DNA of 64,000 nucleotides from Eledone cirrhosa (Eukaryota): the NCBI GenBank assembly GCA_964016885.1, contig OZ024745.1, positions 123,628,001 to 123,692,000 on the forward strand, given 5' to 3'. The position numbers and the translations under genes were made by a program. Below are positions 1-13,124 of the stretch, piece by piece (within the stretch, counting starts at the first letter, position 1; every line of letters starts with the position of its first letter). Under the pieces are notes generated by a model that had not been told where the DNA came from, did not search any database, and saw nothing but the letters and a program-made list of their open reading frames with translations.

Positions 1-519
1 TTATTGATGGATCTAAGAATGAGGACTCAATATCGAAGTAAAGTTTAGATATTTATTATGGCGAAGTGGTGAGCTTTGTTAGTCTAGTGTTTCACCTGTG
101 CATTCTCACAATCATCAGACATGACTAAATTTTCAATAACAAAGACAGTGTACTATGTCCATATCTTCTGTATTTCTCTTAGTTCATTCTTTATTTTATT
201 TTCCTGGTCGATAAAATAAAGTACCAGTAATGCACTTGGGTTATTGCTGGCCTTGTGCCAAAAGCAGAACAATTATTATTTTCTGTAGAAAGCGAGAAAG
301 AAATTATGTACATGAATAAAAAAGCCCAGTAAAATCTAGTGTACATAAAAATCTCATTTGAAATGTTTAATAGTATAAATTTACATATATATGTATACAA
401 GTATATAATACAATAGAGAAACAAACACAGATATATACATATATGTGTTCAAATCACATGTATATATGAATTCACATATATATGTATACATGTATATGCA
501 TATGTATGTATATATGGAT

Positions 520-710
520 TTGTGGATGTATAAGTATGTATCTTTCTGTATTTTTGAATCTCTCTGGTGAATGTATAAGTATATATCTTTCTGTATTCTT
601 AAATCCCTCTGGGGCATGTATATGTATGCAAAGATATGCATCTTTAAATCCCTCTGGTGCCTGTATATGTATGTATTTATCTATCTGCATTTTAAAATCC
701 CTCCGGTGGA
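520..710. repeat. Diverged minisatellite, ~45-bp unit, ~4 copies
   Basis: Recurring ATGTATA(A/T)GTAT...TTT(G/A)AATC(C/T)CTCTGG units. Confidence 0.7.
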
Positions 711-869
711 TGCCAACAAAAGTTCAACTAACGTATAAACCAACTCTTTGTTCTCCTAATGGTTGTTCTCTAAATCTTGCCAGATTGGATATATGAATCA
801 CATTTAATGATGGTGAACGACATCCTTGATGTGATGTAGGTTTTGTTCTTTGCCTGTGAATCTCTAAGG

Positions 870-1193
870 CAGCGTTTCTCAACCTTTTGGAACCCTTGAC
901 ATAGGTTTCATGTCTCAGGGAACCCCTACATAAAAATTATTATATACCATTATTAATATCTATCTCTTATATTGACCTAGTTTTAAATAATATAAGAGGT
1001 TGAAGCCTTTCTTAAAATAAACAAGGATTTTCCGACAATATGCCGTAAATGCATAGTAAAATTACGAATATAAAATTAAACAAAAATTACTTTTAAGAAA
1101 AACATTAGTTTATTTATCACTGGTTCTCGCGTAACCCCTAGCGACCTCTTGCGGAATCCTAGGGTTCCGGGGAACACCGGTTGAGAAACGCTG
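870..1193. mobile_element. hAT (Charlie-like) MITE, 324 bp
   Basis: 15-bp TIRs CAGCGTTTCTCAACC / GGTTGAGAAACGCTG; perfect 8-bp TSD CTCTAAGG at 862-869 and 1194-1201. Confidence 0.92.
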
Positions 1194-2502
1194 CTCTAAG
1201 GTGTTCTGACTTTGAGGTGTGTGCAAGAGACATCCTCAGCAACTTTGTTTCAACTACCTTCGCTTAGTCACTAGTAAAGAAAATATTCTGCTTATGATAG
1301 AGTAGAACAGGCTGAGCACTAACCAAGATTTCTTAGGCTGGGGTTGTTGTGAGGCAGTAATGAGGTTGTTTAAGATAAGTTGTAGGCTGCAGTGGGTTGG
1401 TAAAGAATGAATTTAGAAATAAGAGAAGCAACAATGTATTTGCTAATGATATGGATGGATGAGACAATTTAGAATGGATATCATATTTTCCTTTAGATTA
1501 GAGATCTTCATAGAAAAACATGAAGGTCAGGACTGGTACAACTTCTCTGGAGCATACTGCGTGAACATAATATAAGGAATGAGAGCACATATTGCTTTGA
1601 AAGTACATTTCTTTTTAAAATTGTACAGCAAAATATCCTTTTACACTCAGATATATCTATCAATTATCAACTAAATATATATATATAATACTAATTTTCT
1701 CCAAAAGCCTGTATGAACATCTTACGTAGACTGTTTTCTAATTTCGATCAATGATTAAATGGAGGCCAAAAATGTGTGTGTGTACATATGTCTCTGTGTG
1801 TGTACTTTTGTATATGTGTCTGTGTCTATATATGTGTGTATATAAATCAACATAGCATTAGAAACTTTCTAGACCATATTCTCAATGATTCTTTTTTTTC
1901 ATGATTTATTTTTAATATTTTTCTACAGATTATTTACCATATTTTCGTAAAATGGTATGTGATGCACAAGGAAATTAAGTATGTCGAATACCATGATCTA
2001 AAAGTTTTCTCATCTCCTAAGAGAATTTCTTTGAATGCTTCTTAAATACCAGTAGCTTGGTTTCTTTGTTAATGATCTTTCATTATAAAAACATCTTATT
2101 AGAGTCATATATTTCCATGACCTATGATCAACTTGCTTCAATTAGTATATTATAGACATAACTTAATTTTTGCCTGTATATCAGTCTTTCAATTAACTCA
2201 TCTGTTTGTACTACATAAATAACTACACATTTAATTCCGCAGCTCGCTATACTGGGGAATGATTTAGTCTTCATTGCTGTATAGCTTTGTGATAAACTTT
2301 TTTCTCTGGGGTACACTCACTTTTGAAGTTCTTTAACATATCATCTGAAGTATGTCATGAGAATAAAAAATAATAAGTTGATGTCTTTCAGTGAGAGTTT
2401 AAAATATCAGATGAATTTAACCCTTCTAATATCAAACCATCTGAAAGCACAGTTGCTTCTATAAAGAAGGGTTTGTTTTAAAATGTTTATATTTGTATTT
2501 AA

Positions 2503-2709
2503 CCCTTTAGCATTTAAACCGTCTATATCCAGCCAGAGTTCTCTCACCTCTTTCTATTCAAACTAGCTGTAACCGGCTGCCCATACTGATGTTAAGGCAT
2601 TTTTCTCAAAATGTATAATATCAAAATCTCGTAGATTTGATATTGTGTGAGGTAAAGCCTTTACCATGAAAATACAATAGTATATATAGAGTAATGTATA
2701 GCTAAAGGA
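2503..2709. mobile_element. piggyBac-like MITE family A (~210 bp)
   Basis: TTAA|CCCTTTAGCATTTA ... GCTAAAGGA|TTAA; about 11 related copies in window. Confidence 0.85.
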
Positions 2710-2721
2710 TTAAACATTCAT

Positions 2722-3040
2722 TCATCATCATCATCATCGTCATCATTTAATGTCCATTTTCCCATACTAGCATGGGTTAAATGAGTTGTCCAATTGTGAG
2801 ACAGGTTAGATCAGATGACCATGTCTTGCTCACACAGTATTGTTTCTGGCTTGGTTTTTATGGCTCGATGCCCTTCCTAATGTCAACTACATTTACGCTT
2901 TGGACTGGGTGTATTTGTCATGGCCCCAAAACATATACTTTACAGCGTGAACTGAGTACCTTTTGTCTTGACACAAAAATAACACTTTACAGTATGGGCA
3001 GGGGGCTTTTGACATGTTACCTTACTGGGGTAGATGGGGA
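2722..3040 (-). mobile_element. Non-autonomous RTE-derived element with (GAT)n tail
   Basis: Reverse of ...TTAGGAAGGGCATC...AACCCATGCTAGTATGGGAAAATGGACATTAAATGATGACGATGATG. Confidence 0.7.
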
Positions 3041-3699
3041 GACTAAACACTAGATATTTAATGAAAGTTATTTTACTATGAATTCTTGATTATTTTGAAA
3101 ATAATTGAATATCATAGACAATGTTTTTCATTAGAAATATGGTTATGAAAGGGTTAATTCTAGAAGCTATTTTGTATCAACTTTGATTCTCTGTTCTACC
3201 CAACTGTTTTTCATCCACTGCTAAGTGAAGCTTCTGTAACAACACTAGTTTGAGGCCTACATGTTTATATTGGTTAAGTATGTGTTGGATATGGTGGACA
3301 TTTGATCTGAGAATGCAAAGAACCAGAAAAATACCACTGACATTCTAACAGTAGAGTTAATCCACTGCCTTGCATTGCTTCTCTATTAACCCCAAAAGAA
3401 TGAAATGTAAAATTGACCATAGTGTGTTTGAACTCAAAGCATAGGGAACCAGAACAAATACAGCAAGGCCTTCTAGCTAAAATGCTAATGACAGTGCTAG
3501 TTCAGTACCTATTACATTACTAGAGCCAAATATCTACCTGTAGACTTCCTAGTCTGTGTATGTATCTCATACATAATTTACATAACCCCGCTACATAGTC
3601 AATTTCATAATAGCTTTGACAGACAGGCAGTGATTAAACTATTTTCTCTCAGCTCATATGTAAATGTCAGATTAATCATATCACTATAATGACACACAT

Positions 3700-4080
3700 A
3701 AATACATATTTATGTATGCAAACACATATTCAAACACACACAAACACATGCCTTTGCACACAAGCACATACCTACACAGCCGCACACACACCTTTGCACA
3801 CAAGCACATACCTACACACCCGCACACACACAAACACACACCTTTGCACACAAGCACATACCTACACAGCCGCACACACACAAACACATGCCTTTGCACA
3901 CAAGCACATACCTACACAGCTGCACACACACCTTTGCACACAAGCACATACCTACACACCCGCACACACACAAACACACACCTTTGCACACAAGCACATA
4001 CCTACACACCTGCACACACAAACACATACCTACACACTGACAAACATTTACCTCCACACAAATACACACCTACACACAAG
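3700..4080. repeat. CA-rich minisatellite, 40-50-bp unit, ~6-7 copies
   Basis: Repeated CCTTTGCACACAAGCACATACCTACACA(G/C)C(C/T)GCACACACA. Confidence 0.9.
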
Positions 4081-4157
4081 CAGTCTGTCACACAGCACAG
4101 ACAGCTCTTTATAACCCAACACATAAACAGTCTGTCACTATACCCAAACAAACACAA

Positions 4158-4510
4158 TTCATTGAAGGCCCCATTCGGTCACGAATGACCATGGATTTGT
4201 ACCTAGAAAGTTTCCCTCTGAGGCACAAGCCACACGAGCCAGGGCAAGGTTTGTTTTGTGGAAGACCAGTAGTTGCCCATGCATACCAGTCTCCCCTCTC
4301 CATGCCACCGATGTTGTCCAAGGGAAAAGCAATGACCGATACAGCTTGACACCAGTGACGTCACAACTCATTTCTACAGCTGAGTAAACTGGAGCAGCGT
4401 GAAATAAAGTGCCAAGCTCTAGGATACAACGCATCACCCGGTCTGAGAATCGAACTCACAACCTGTCAATTGCAAGCCCAATGCTCTAACCACTAAGCCA
4501 TGTGCCTTCA
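4158..4510 (-). mobile_element. tRNA-derived SINE with CORE-like body and a non-RTE 3' part
   Basis: Minus strand: A box TGGCTTAGTGG, B box GTTCGATTC, then CACTTTATTTCACGCTGCTCCAGTTTACTCAGCTGTAGAAATGAG shared with 10014-10349; 3' half differs. Confidence 0.8.
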
Positions 4511-4962
4511 CACACAGTTCATTATCACTCTACAAAATAGATAGATGATTACCTTGTCAAAAACCTATTTTTAAACTGAGTTAAAACTTCACAAACAGCC
4601 AAATAAATGCCCAATAATACAACTAATGTTTTGTGCCAATTTTGGTTGGTAAAGAGGAGGTTAGTGCTGCAGGCCCAATAAGAGGTTTTACCATATTTAT
4701 CATGGTGTCTTTTTTGAGGCAAAGTTTTGCAGCTGGATGCTTTTCCTGTCAACCTTTTTTGTCACCTCTTACAATGTATAGATGTATATGGTGTACCTAT
4801 GATTGACTGGATAAATGCCCAGCACTAAGAGCTATATAAGGCTTGTTTTCTCACACATAAATGTATATCATCTCTCTCTCTCTCTCTCACACAATTTCTG
4901 TACTTTATGCCTAACTATTATTTAGTATCATTTGCATGTGCATTCAGTGAGCACATTTAATA

Positions 4963-5187
<225 letters not shown>

Positions 5188-5769
5188 TAGAAGCATATTA
5201 AAATTTATGTCAGTTTAAAAAGTGTATCTTGTTTCAACATGAAAATAATTTATTGCTCTAAACTTTTGTGTTTGCTGCTGTTGTCATTGGTGACATTGTT
5301 ACAGTTGTTGATGTTGTCATTGTTGGCTGTTGTTGCTGTATTACATAGATAGGCATGATATGGATACATCATCATCATCATCATCATCGTCGTTTAACGT
5401 CCATCTTCCACGCTTGCATGGAAAATGGGAATCAACTTTCTTTGATTTTGCTAAGAGCTCCAATTTGCATTTGGAAGTAAATGCAAATAGGAGAAGGGTA
5501 TACAGTATACAGAAGTGTTTCAGCCATAATCTCATGGGGGCAATGTGAACGTTTCTAACTTGAGAAATAACTCAACATTTCTAAATTGAAGAAATGACTA
5601 CTATTTCTGAACATGTAAGAACAAACAAGGGTTATCTCCCACTCTAATTATAAGTTCTAATTTTCATTTGCATACGCAGTACATAAAAAAAACTGATAGA
5701 TTGATACAGTACATGTGTGCTGGCATGCATAGATTGATGTTTGAGTGTGCAAATGCACATACAAGTGTA

Positions 5770-5814
5770 TGTGTTTGTGTGTGTGTAGATACATACACAT
5801 TTGTTTGTTCATAC

Positions 5815-5856
<42 letters not shown>

Positions 5857-5892
5857 GTGTGTGTAGATACATACACATTTGTTTGTTCATAC

Positions 5893-5932
<40 letters not shown>

Positions 5933-5968
5933 GTGTGTGTAGATACATACACATTTGTTTGTTCATAC

Positions 5969-6020
<52 letters not shown>

Positions 6021-6202
6021 GTGTGTGTAGATACATATACATTTGTTTGTTCATACGTGTGTATATATATATATATATGCATGTATATTTGTGTGTGTGT
6101 AGATACATATACATTTGTTTGTTCATACGTGTGTGTATATATATATATATATGCATGTATATTTGTGTGTGTGTAGATACATATACATTTGTTTGTTCAT
6201 AC

Positions 6203-6233
<31 letters not shown>

Positions 6234-6353
6234 CATGTATATTTGTGTGTGTGTAGATACATATTCATTTGTTTGTTCATACGTGTGTGTATATATATAT
6301 ACATGTATATTTGTGTGTGTGTAGATACATATTCATTTGTTTGTTCATACATG

Positions 6354-6409
<56 letters not shown>

Positions 6410-6592
6410 CATGTATATTTGTGTGTGTGTAGATACATATTCATTTGTTTGTTCATACGTGTGTATATATATATGCATGTATATTTGTGTTTGTGTAGAT
6501 ACATATTCATTTGTTTGTTCATACGTGTGTATATATATATATGCATGTATATTTGTGTTTGTGTAGATACATATTAATTTGTTTGTTCATAC

Positions 6593-6632
<40 letters not shown>

Positions 6633-6640
6633 ATTTGTGT
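5770..6640. repeat. Minisatellite, ~12 copies of a ~45-bp core separated by variable (TA)n
   Basis: Core ATTTGTGTGTGTGTAGATACATA(C/T)(A/T)CATTTGTTTGTTCATACGTGT repeated. Confidence 0.95.
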
Positions 6641-7464
6641 ATGTGTGCACATCCTCGTGGGCCTGTATCTTTGTGTGTATCTTGTATTTTTGTGTATGTG
6701 TGCATGTATGCACATCTGCTTGTATGTACACTTGTGTGGAAGCAAGTCTATATATATACATCTCTATATAGGTGTGTACTTCAGTGTATGTGTGTGTATA
6801 ATGTATACAGTCTTTCTATTTCACTAACAATTTTATTTTGATGTTTTAACTGGAGAAAAAATATTTTATATATATATATATATCTTGTCTTTTTTATCTC
6901 CTTTATTTCTCCTTTCCTCTAAACTTCATTTACTTAAATAAAGCGAATATTTGTAATTTTGCCTGGGTGACTTGTTTAGTGTTTTTAATGGTCATCAATA
7001 TAATTCTATATATGTGTTTGTTCATATAGAGTAATTCTTTGAAATAATAACTTAATTTTCTCTCAACAGTGGAATTCAATTTGTAATAAATAATTTGGTT
7101 ACATTGTTGATGGTTTGAAGCTCTGATCTTTTCTCCATTTCTCATGTTTTTTTATTTTTCCTCAACTGTTTGTTAGAATTTATTGGAAATTTTTCGCCCT
7201 TTAGAAACTACACACATAATTTCTGATAGTTGATAAGACCAGCCCAGTATCACACACATATACTCACTAACATCGAAGCCAATGAGGAACCACTAAATGG
7301 TCGTTTGATCTGTTAGAAATAGCAGCTGCTTGTTTCTCATGTATTACACCCTGCCATCTTAAAATACTGAAGGACTGACTTAGTGTTTAATTTTATTGCA
7401 GATGATACCCATCTTAAAAAAAAGATACATATATTGAATGCCTTTGATTATTGGCCTCCAACTG

Positions 7465-7675
7465 GGGTGGTAGATTGGTAGAGTATCATACAACATCCTT
7501 TGTGGCATATAGTTATGTATTTTTACATTCAGAGTTCAAATCCTGCCAAGATTAGCTTTGCTTTTCATTCTTAAGGGGTTGATAAATAAAGTAACAGTAA
7601 CGTACTGGAGTTGATTTAATCAACTTTCCCCTTTCTCCAAATTGTTAACCTTGTGCCTAAATCAGAAGCCATCAT
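7465..7675 (+). mobile_element. Decayed tRNA-derived SINE (GGGGTCGATAAAATAAAGTACC family)
   Basis: GAGTTCAAATCC B box then CTTTGCTTTTCATTC..GGGGTTGATAAATAAAGTA; related copies near 200-280, 3320-3500, 7970-8100, 8485-8590, 21375-21545, 37755-37930, 38870-39075. Confidence 0.7.
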
Positions 7676-9237
7676 TGGCCTACTCACTCATTGTTGATTT
7701 GGTGTTAAACAACAACCTGAAAATGTTGCATATCATTAAAGTATTTTGTTTATTAATTTTATAATTTTGTCATTAATTTTACCTTTGTTTCTTTGTTTCT
7801 AATGTAGTTTGAACTTGTCTTAGAGATCTTACTCATATTTTACTGTAGACCTTACACTTAATTCTAGTTTAGATCAGTGAACTGTAATCATGATTATTAT
7901 CATGAAAGGATTGGGTACTTGTGCTTTGAATATTAAATATTAAAATTATTAGATGAAGTATACTGACAAAGATGTTAGAATGACAGAGAGAATGCTTTGC
8001 AATATTCATTCTGCCTCTATAGTCTCTTAGTTCAAATCCTTCTACGACCAACTTTTCCTTGCATCCTTTTGAGATCAATACCATATTTATCCATTATTGA
8101 TGTTGGTTTTTCCCTCTATTTCTCTCTTAAAAGAACCTACTATTTTCTAATTTAAAGAGGGGTGGTTTTGCTGAAGTTAAAGGCCTATGTATGAATGGAT
8201 AGCATGGAGAATGATATATGTGTTGGGCGCGCCCCCCCCCCCCCCCCACACACACACACAAAAAAAAGATTGTCTTCTTCATCATTTCTGAGGTGAGAAA
8301 AAAACGATAGATGTTAGGAAATGTAGTGACATTAAATTCTTAGACACTGAACTTCACCAAAGATATAATAAAAGACTGAGATAAATAGTTCAAATCATTG
8401 CAACATAAAAAGGTAGATGTTAAAATGCTGATGTGTTTCTATTATCAATTAATCAGAAAAACCCTTATGTATTATTGACCGAAGATGCAGAGCGGATTGA
8501 CAGAGTAGCAGACAAAAATAACTTGGATATTTAGTTAGGCCTTTTTACATTCTGAGTTCAAATCCTACTATTGCTGTCTTTATCTTTTACTCTTAGCCGT
8601 TTTATTACCATGTTTTAAATGAAAGACACTTTGCTGTTAATTTTCAAATCAAGAATTTAGAGGGATTCACTAAACCTTTCACAGGTTTCTACATAGAATT
8701 ATAAGTTTTTAGAAACAAAACCAGGTTTTGTTTTAGGTGTTTTGGTATCAAAAAGTATGTTTTACTAAAATAAAGTGCACATTTTCATGTATTCTATTTT
8801 ATATATTCCACATATTCTAAGATTTCATAATTCCTTCCAACCAACTATAATGCATCACAGAACAGGCATGCACACACATTCTCCAAATGTTCCAAAATTG
8901 CACACTTATATTTCAAATTTTCTAGATACTCTACTAAAGCACAGCAATTTCTTGCAATCATATTACTTAGAATTCTGCTTTAGAGAATGTTTTCCAGTGT
9001 TTAGGTATAGTGATTTATAGTTTGTTTTTATACACTTATATCAATGTATTATATTCTTATATAAATTCGGTAGTACATGATTGTTAGCATCAAAGGCTGC
9101 AAATTGTAACAAAAATGGTGTTTAAGTGAACAATTGTTAAGCAGAAACAAAATAAAGTTCACACTTTTACTACAAGTATGTCAAACTTTACATCATATGA
9201 TTATAATTAACATTTTATGTACATAGCACTTTGGCTG

Positions 9238-9283
<46 letters not shown>

Positions 9284-9385
9284 GAAGAAGAATAGTAATA
9301 ATAAATAGAGGTAGAATGAATACCTGCCAAAGAAGAAGAAGAAGAATAGTAATAATAAATAAAGGTAGAATGAATACCTGCCAAA
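9238..9385. repeat. (AAT)n plus ~56-bp tandem duplication
   Basis: AAGAAGAAGAATAGTAATAATAAATA(G/A)AGGTAGAATGAATACCTGCCAAA occurs twice. Confidence 0.9.
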
Positions 9386-10013
9386 ACCGTAATCAATTCG
9401 TGAAAGATTTCATGTCATTCCATTTTTCTGTAATTTGCCATTTTAGTTGTATGTTCATTTGTTTATGCACGTGTATAGTTCATTTGTTGCTTTATTATTA
9501 TTATTATTATTATTATTGTTGTTGTTGTCGTCATCTTCTTTTTCTTCTTTTTCTTCTTCTTTCTTCTTTCTTCTTTCTTCTTCTTGTGGAGTGTACACAT
9601 ATGTTACCTCGTATTATTCAATCTTGAAAAATGGCATTTTAGTTTAATAATTTGACATGTCATAATATATAGAAATAAACATGTAATATTGAAATTGACA
9701 CATTTTAAAAAGTTGAAACAAAACAATACAAAACAGAACACATAAAATAAAAGGAAAGAATAAAGCTAAAGGGAAAATTTCTGCTAAGAAATCCCTCAGT
9801 GTTTTGTTTCTGGTATCTGTAACAGTATAGTTGTGGTGTGCCACAAAGAAAGAACTTCTGAAAATAAATGTTTTCATGAACTTCCATAATTATACATGTC
9901 TTTATACATTCATGTGTGAATATTAAACAAACAAATAAACAAAACAAACAAACAGTACATGCACATAAATATATACTCCCTGCATACTATCTCTTTATTC
10001 TTGTCTCATGCTT

Positions 10014-10349
10014 ATCATCATCATCATCATTTTATGTCCGCTTTTCCCTGCTTGCAAGGGTGGGACAGGAACTGATTCTGGCTTGATTTCTACAGCTGGA
10101 TGCCCTTCCTAACACCAACCTCATTTACAGTGTGGGCTGGGTGCTTTTTTGTCATGGCGCCTACACGACCACTTTGCAGTGGAATGATAGGGACCCCAGT
10201 CCTTATCATCTCATTTCTACAGCTGAGTAAACTGGAATGTGAAATAAAGTGTCTTGCTCAAGGAAACAACACATCACCCGGTCTGAGAATTGAACTCACA
10301 ACCTTTCGATTGCAAGGCCAATGCTCTAACCACTAAGCCATGTGCCTCC
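10014..10349 (-). mobile_element. Full-length tRNA/CORE-like SINE with RTE-derived 3' part and (GAT)n tail
   Basis: Head GGAGGCACATGGCTTAGTGG...GTTCAATTC; tail CCCTTGCAAGCAGGGAAAAGCGGACATAAAATGATGATG matches RTE 3' ends at 17018, 35058, 61999. Confidence 0.9.
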
Positions 10350-11276
10350 ATACATACAAATTCTCTCTAATGGACACACACTTCATTTTTATCACACATG
10401 CACTCTCTATCACCTCACATTCTCTCTCTTCTCTCACATACCATTATTTAAAATGAATTTTTTTATTCCTTTATTTTTTGTCCCCTAAGAAGCAAATTTT
10501 CTTTTTTCTTTTTTTTCTTATTTTTTTCTCTTTAAAGAAGATATTTTGATCAATTTTCCTTCCCACTTATCATCTTTTATCATCAAACTATTATAAAACT
10601 GTTACGTTGTTCTTTTTAATACTTCACCCCCCCCCCCACACACACACCCAGCATTTGAATCTGAAAATTTATTTTTTCTCCTGATATGTTGTAGTGTTAT
10701 AAAACACAGGAGGGAATATGGTACTAAAATAAGGAAGGAAAGGAAGTCTTTATAAATACATAAATGAAACATCTCATGCAATGTACATAAAATTTCATTA
10801 TGAAGATGTTGGTTTACGGTATATCCTCCATTCAAGGTGATATTACACAAATTTGTAGCTAGATTTATAATGTCTTACTTAGCTGGCAATAAATAGGAAG
10901 GTTAACAGAACAGTATCTGCTGGAATGCATTGGAAAATAGAGAACTATTCACCTGGGTTATAATAGAGAAAGGCTTAAGGGGAGAGTGACAAACAAATCC
11001 TCAGTATGTAGTAAAACAAAATGATCCTTTATTGGAGTGGTTGCAGCTGATGTTAGTTTGGCACAGTGATCACATTAATAACTGAGTATGAGGGAAAGTA
11101 TACCATATGTGGGCCAAAACATTCCTAACATTCCTTGGTGGCATAAACCCCTTTGTTACCATAAACCCCTTTGTTACCATATTTCTAATGTGATACTGCT
11201 TATGATTTTCAAATAATTTTGAAAATAGCAAAGAATGTTTAGGGATTTAGTATAAAACTAACTTTCACATTATTAA

Positions 11277-11499
11277 CCCTTTAGCATTTATATTACTCTA
11301 TATTTACTATTTTATTTTCATGGTAAACACTTTATCTTACATTATATCTCACATAATATCAAATCTACGGATTTCAATATTATTTATTTTGAGAACAATA
11401 CCTTAACATCAGGAAGAGCAGCTGGTTACAGCTGCTTTGAACAGAAAAAGGTGAGAGAATTCTGGCCAGATATGGCCGGTTTGAATAGTAAATAATGGG
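11277..11499. mobile_element. piggyBac-like MITE family A inserted into a family B MITE
   Basis: TTAA on both sides; splits the family B motif CATTA|TTAA|GCTGATGTTTG. Confidence 0.85.
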
Positions 11500-12650
11500 T
11501 TAAGCTGATGTTTGCAGCATAAGTTTTTATATAAATATAAACACTTCAAAACACATTTCTGCCTTGCAAAACTGAACTATAATAGCTACTTATACTCTGT
11601 CATCTTATATTCTCTAATTCAAAGAAGTTAACTCCACAAAAACTTTAGATGTGAACAAAATAATACACTTTAGCTTTTAGATTTTTGCTGAAAGAACTCT
11701 TAGCCAACAAAGATCCCCCCTAGAGCCCTCTAAATTCCAGTGGTTACCATATAAATTCGTAAGTTGCAGTTGTTTACTAGGAAAAAAAAAGAAATGGGTG
11801 CCAAGAACTGTATGCAACTTATCTTTTGATCCTCACCCTGGGCTTGAAACTTGCAGGGACAAACAAACACTCACACACTCACTCATGCACAATGACAAAT
11901 GATGGAGAATGTAGGGTGGGTTGATCATACAACTATTCAATCTATATGAATATTAGCATTGTAAACAAATATGTGTTGATCTGCTCAAAACAACCATGCC
12001 TGCAGCAATGCATGCTCTCATGGATTTATATGTACATACTTTCCACATTTGATAATCATACACACAGTTCTTCATTAACCGGCTGTTATCCTAATGCCTG
12101 ATGCTTAATACTGCATATATTGTTTGTCAATGAAGAGTGGAAATTTAAAAGCACTGCTTAATATGTTTGTTCCGGGTATAGAATATAGCTATTTTATTCA
12201 TGGTTCCAGGACATTGCTAAATTGTATTAGCAATGATTGGCATTATTTCATTTTTTTTTTAACACACAACTGCAAGTGAAATTGCAAACAATATTTTCAA
12301 TAAGTATCATGCAACTTATATACTTATCAAAGCTTAAAGTATAATATTATAAACACAACCTATTTATCTTGTATATATTGCTGTGATTTGTAGACAAGTA
12401 TATACAGTATACAAGTATATATATAGAGGGCAACAAATTGGCAAAGTCAGTAAAACCTCAGATAGAGTACTTCAATTGAAATTTAAATGTATTGTTGATA
12501 TAACTATACATTAGTTAAACATACATAAAAAGAAAGCAGTATTGGAAAGAACTATAAATGCCATAAATGAGAGAAAAAGGAGGGAAGAGCAAGGACTACA
12601 AGACAAATGAAGGAAGAAAGAAAATGTTAGTTTTGATGAAAAATGAATTA

Positions 12651-13124
12651 CCATATATACTCGAATGTAAGCCGAGGAATATGTGACCAAAAAGTCGATG
12701 GTAAAATGTTGGGAAGTCGGCTTATACTTACCGTCTAACCAGGCATGTCAAACATACAGCCCTTTACAAGCACACCTGCGGCCCATACAAAGGTTTTTGC
12801 AGCGCGAGCATGTTTTATCTTTGTAGTATAAAATAGAAAAAATGTTTTGTAATGCAATTAGTTGTAATGTGTGGCCCTCAGATAACACATAAGTGACTCA
12901 TGTGACCCTCAGACAACACATATGTGACCCATGTGGCCCTCAGACAACACATATGTGAGTCATGTGGCCCTCGGAGGAACCTCAGTTTGACATGCCTGGT
13001 CTAAACAATATGTTGATTAGCTGTCTTGGCTTATAAATGGGGGTTTGTATTTTTACTCATTTCTCAGGCATAATATATGGGGGACGGCTTATATTCAGAT
13101 TGGCTTATATTCGAGTATATGTGG
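12651..13124. mobile_element. Tc1/mariner-type MITE with TA TSD
   Basis: TIRs CCATATATACTCGAATGTAAGCC / GGCTTATATTCGAGTATATGTGG, flanked by TA. Confidence 0.85.
12740..12998. mobile_element. hAT MITE nested in the mariner-type MITE
   Basis: 14-bp TIRs CAGGCATGTCAAAC / GTTTGACATGCCTG; imperfect TSD GTCTAAC / GTCTAAAC; internal ~31-bp tandem repeat. Confidence 0.88.

Larger units (their letters stand above)
2421..3153. mobile_element. Older TTAA-flanked piggyBac-like MITE (family B) interrupted by two insertions
   Basis: TTAA-CCCTT at 2417-2425 and AAAGGG-TTAA at 3148-3157; body matches the uninterrupted copy at 47446-47684 in reverse. Confidence 0.65.

Noticed and set aside
1929-1954. Possible 26-nt host microexon (TTTTTCTACAG | ... 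ATG | GTATGT)
   Set aside because: Splice-like signals are common by chance in AT-rich DNA; no partner exons; needs RNA-seq
5770-6640. CRISPR-like repeat/spacer appearance
   Set aside because: Spacers are only (TA)n, no cas genes, eukaryotic context
10280-10349. tRNA gene
   Set aside because: A/B boxes are present but run into a SINE body, with no convincing cloverleaf and multiple dispersed copies
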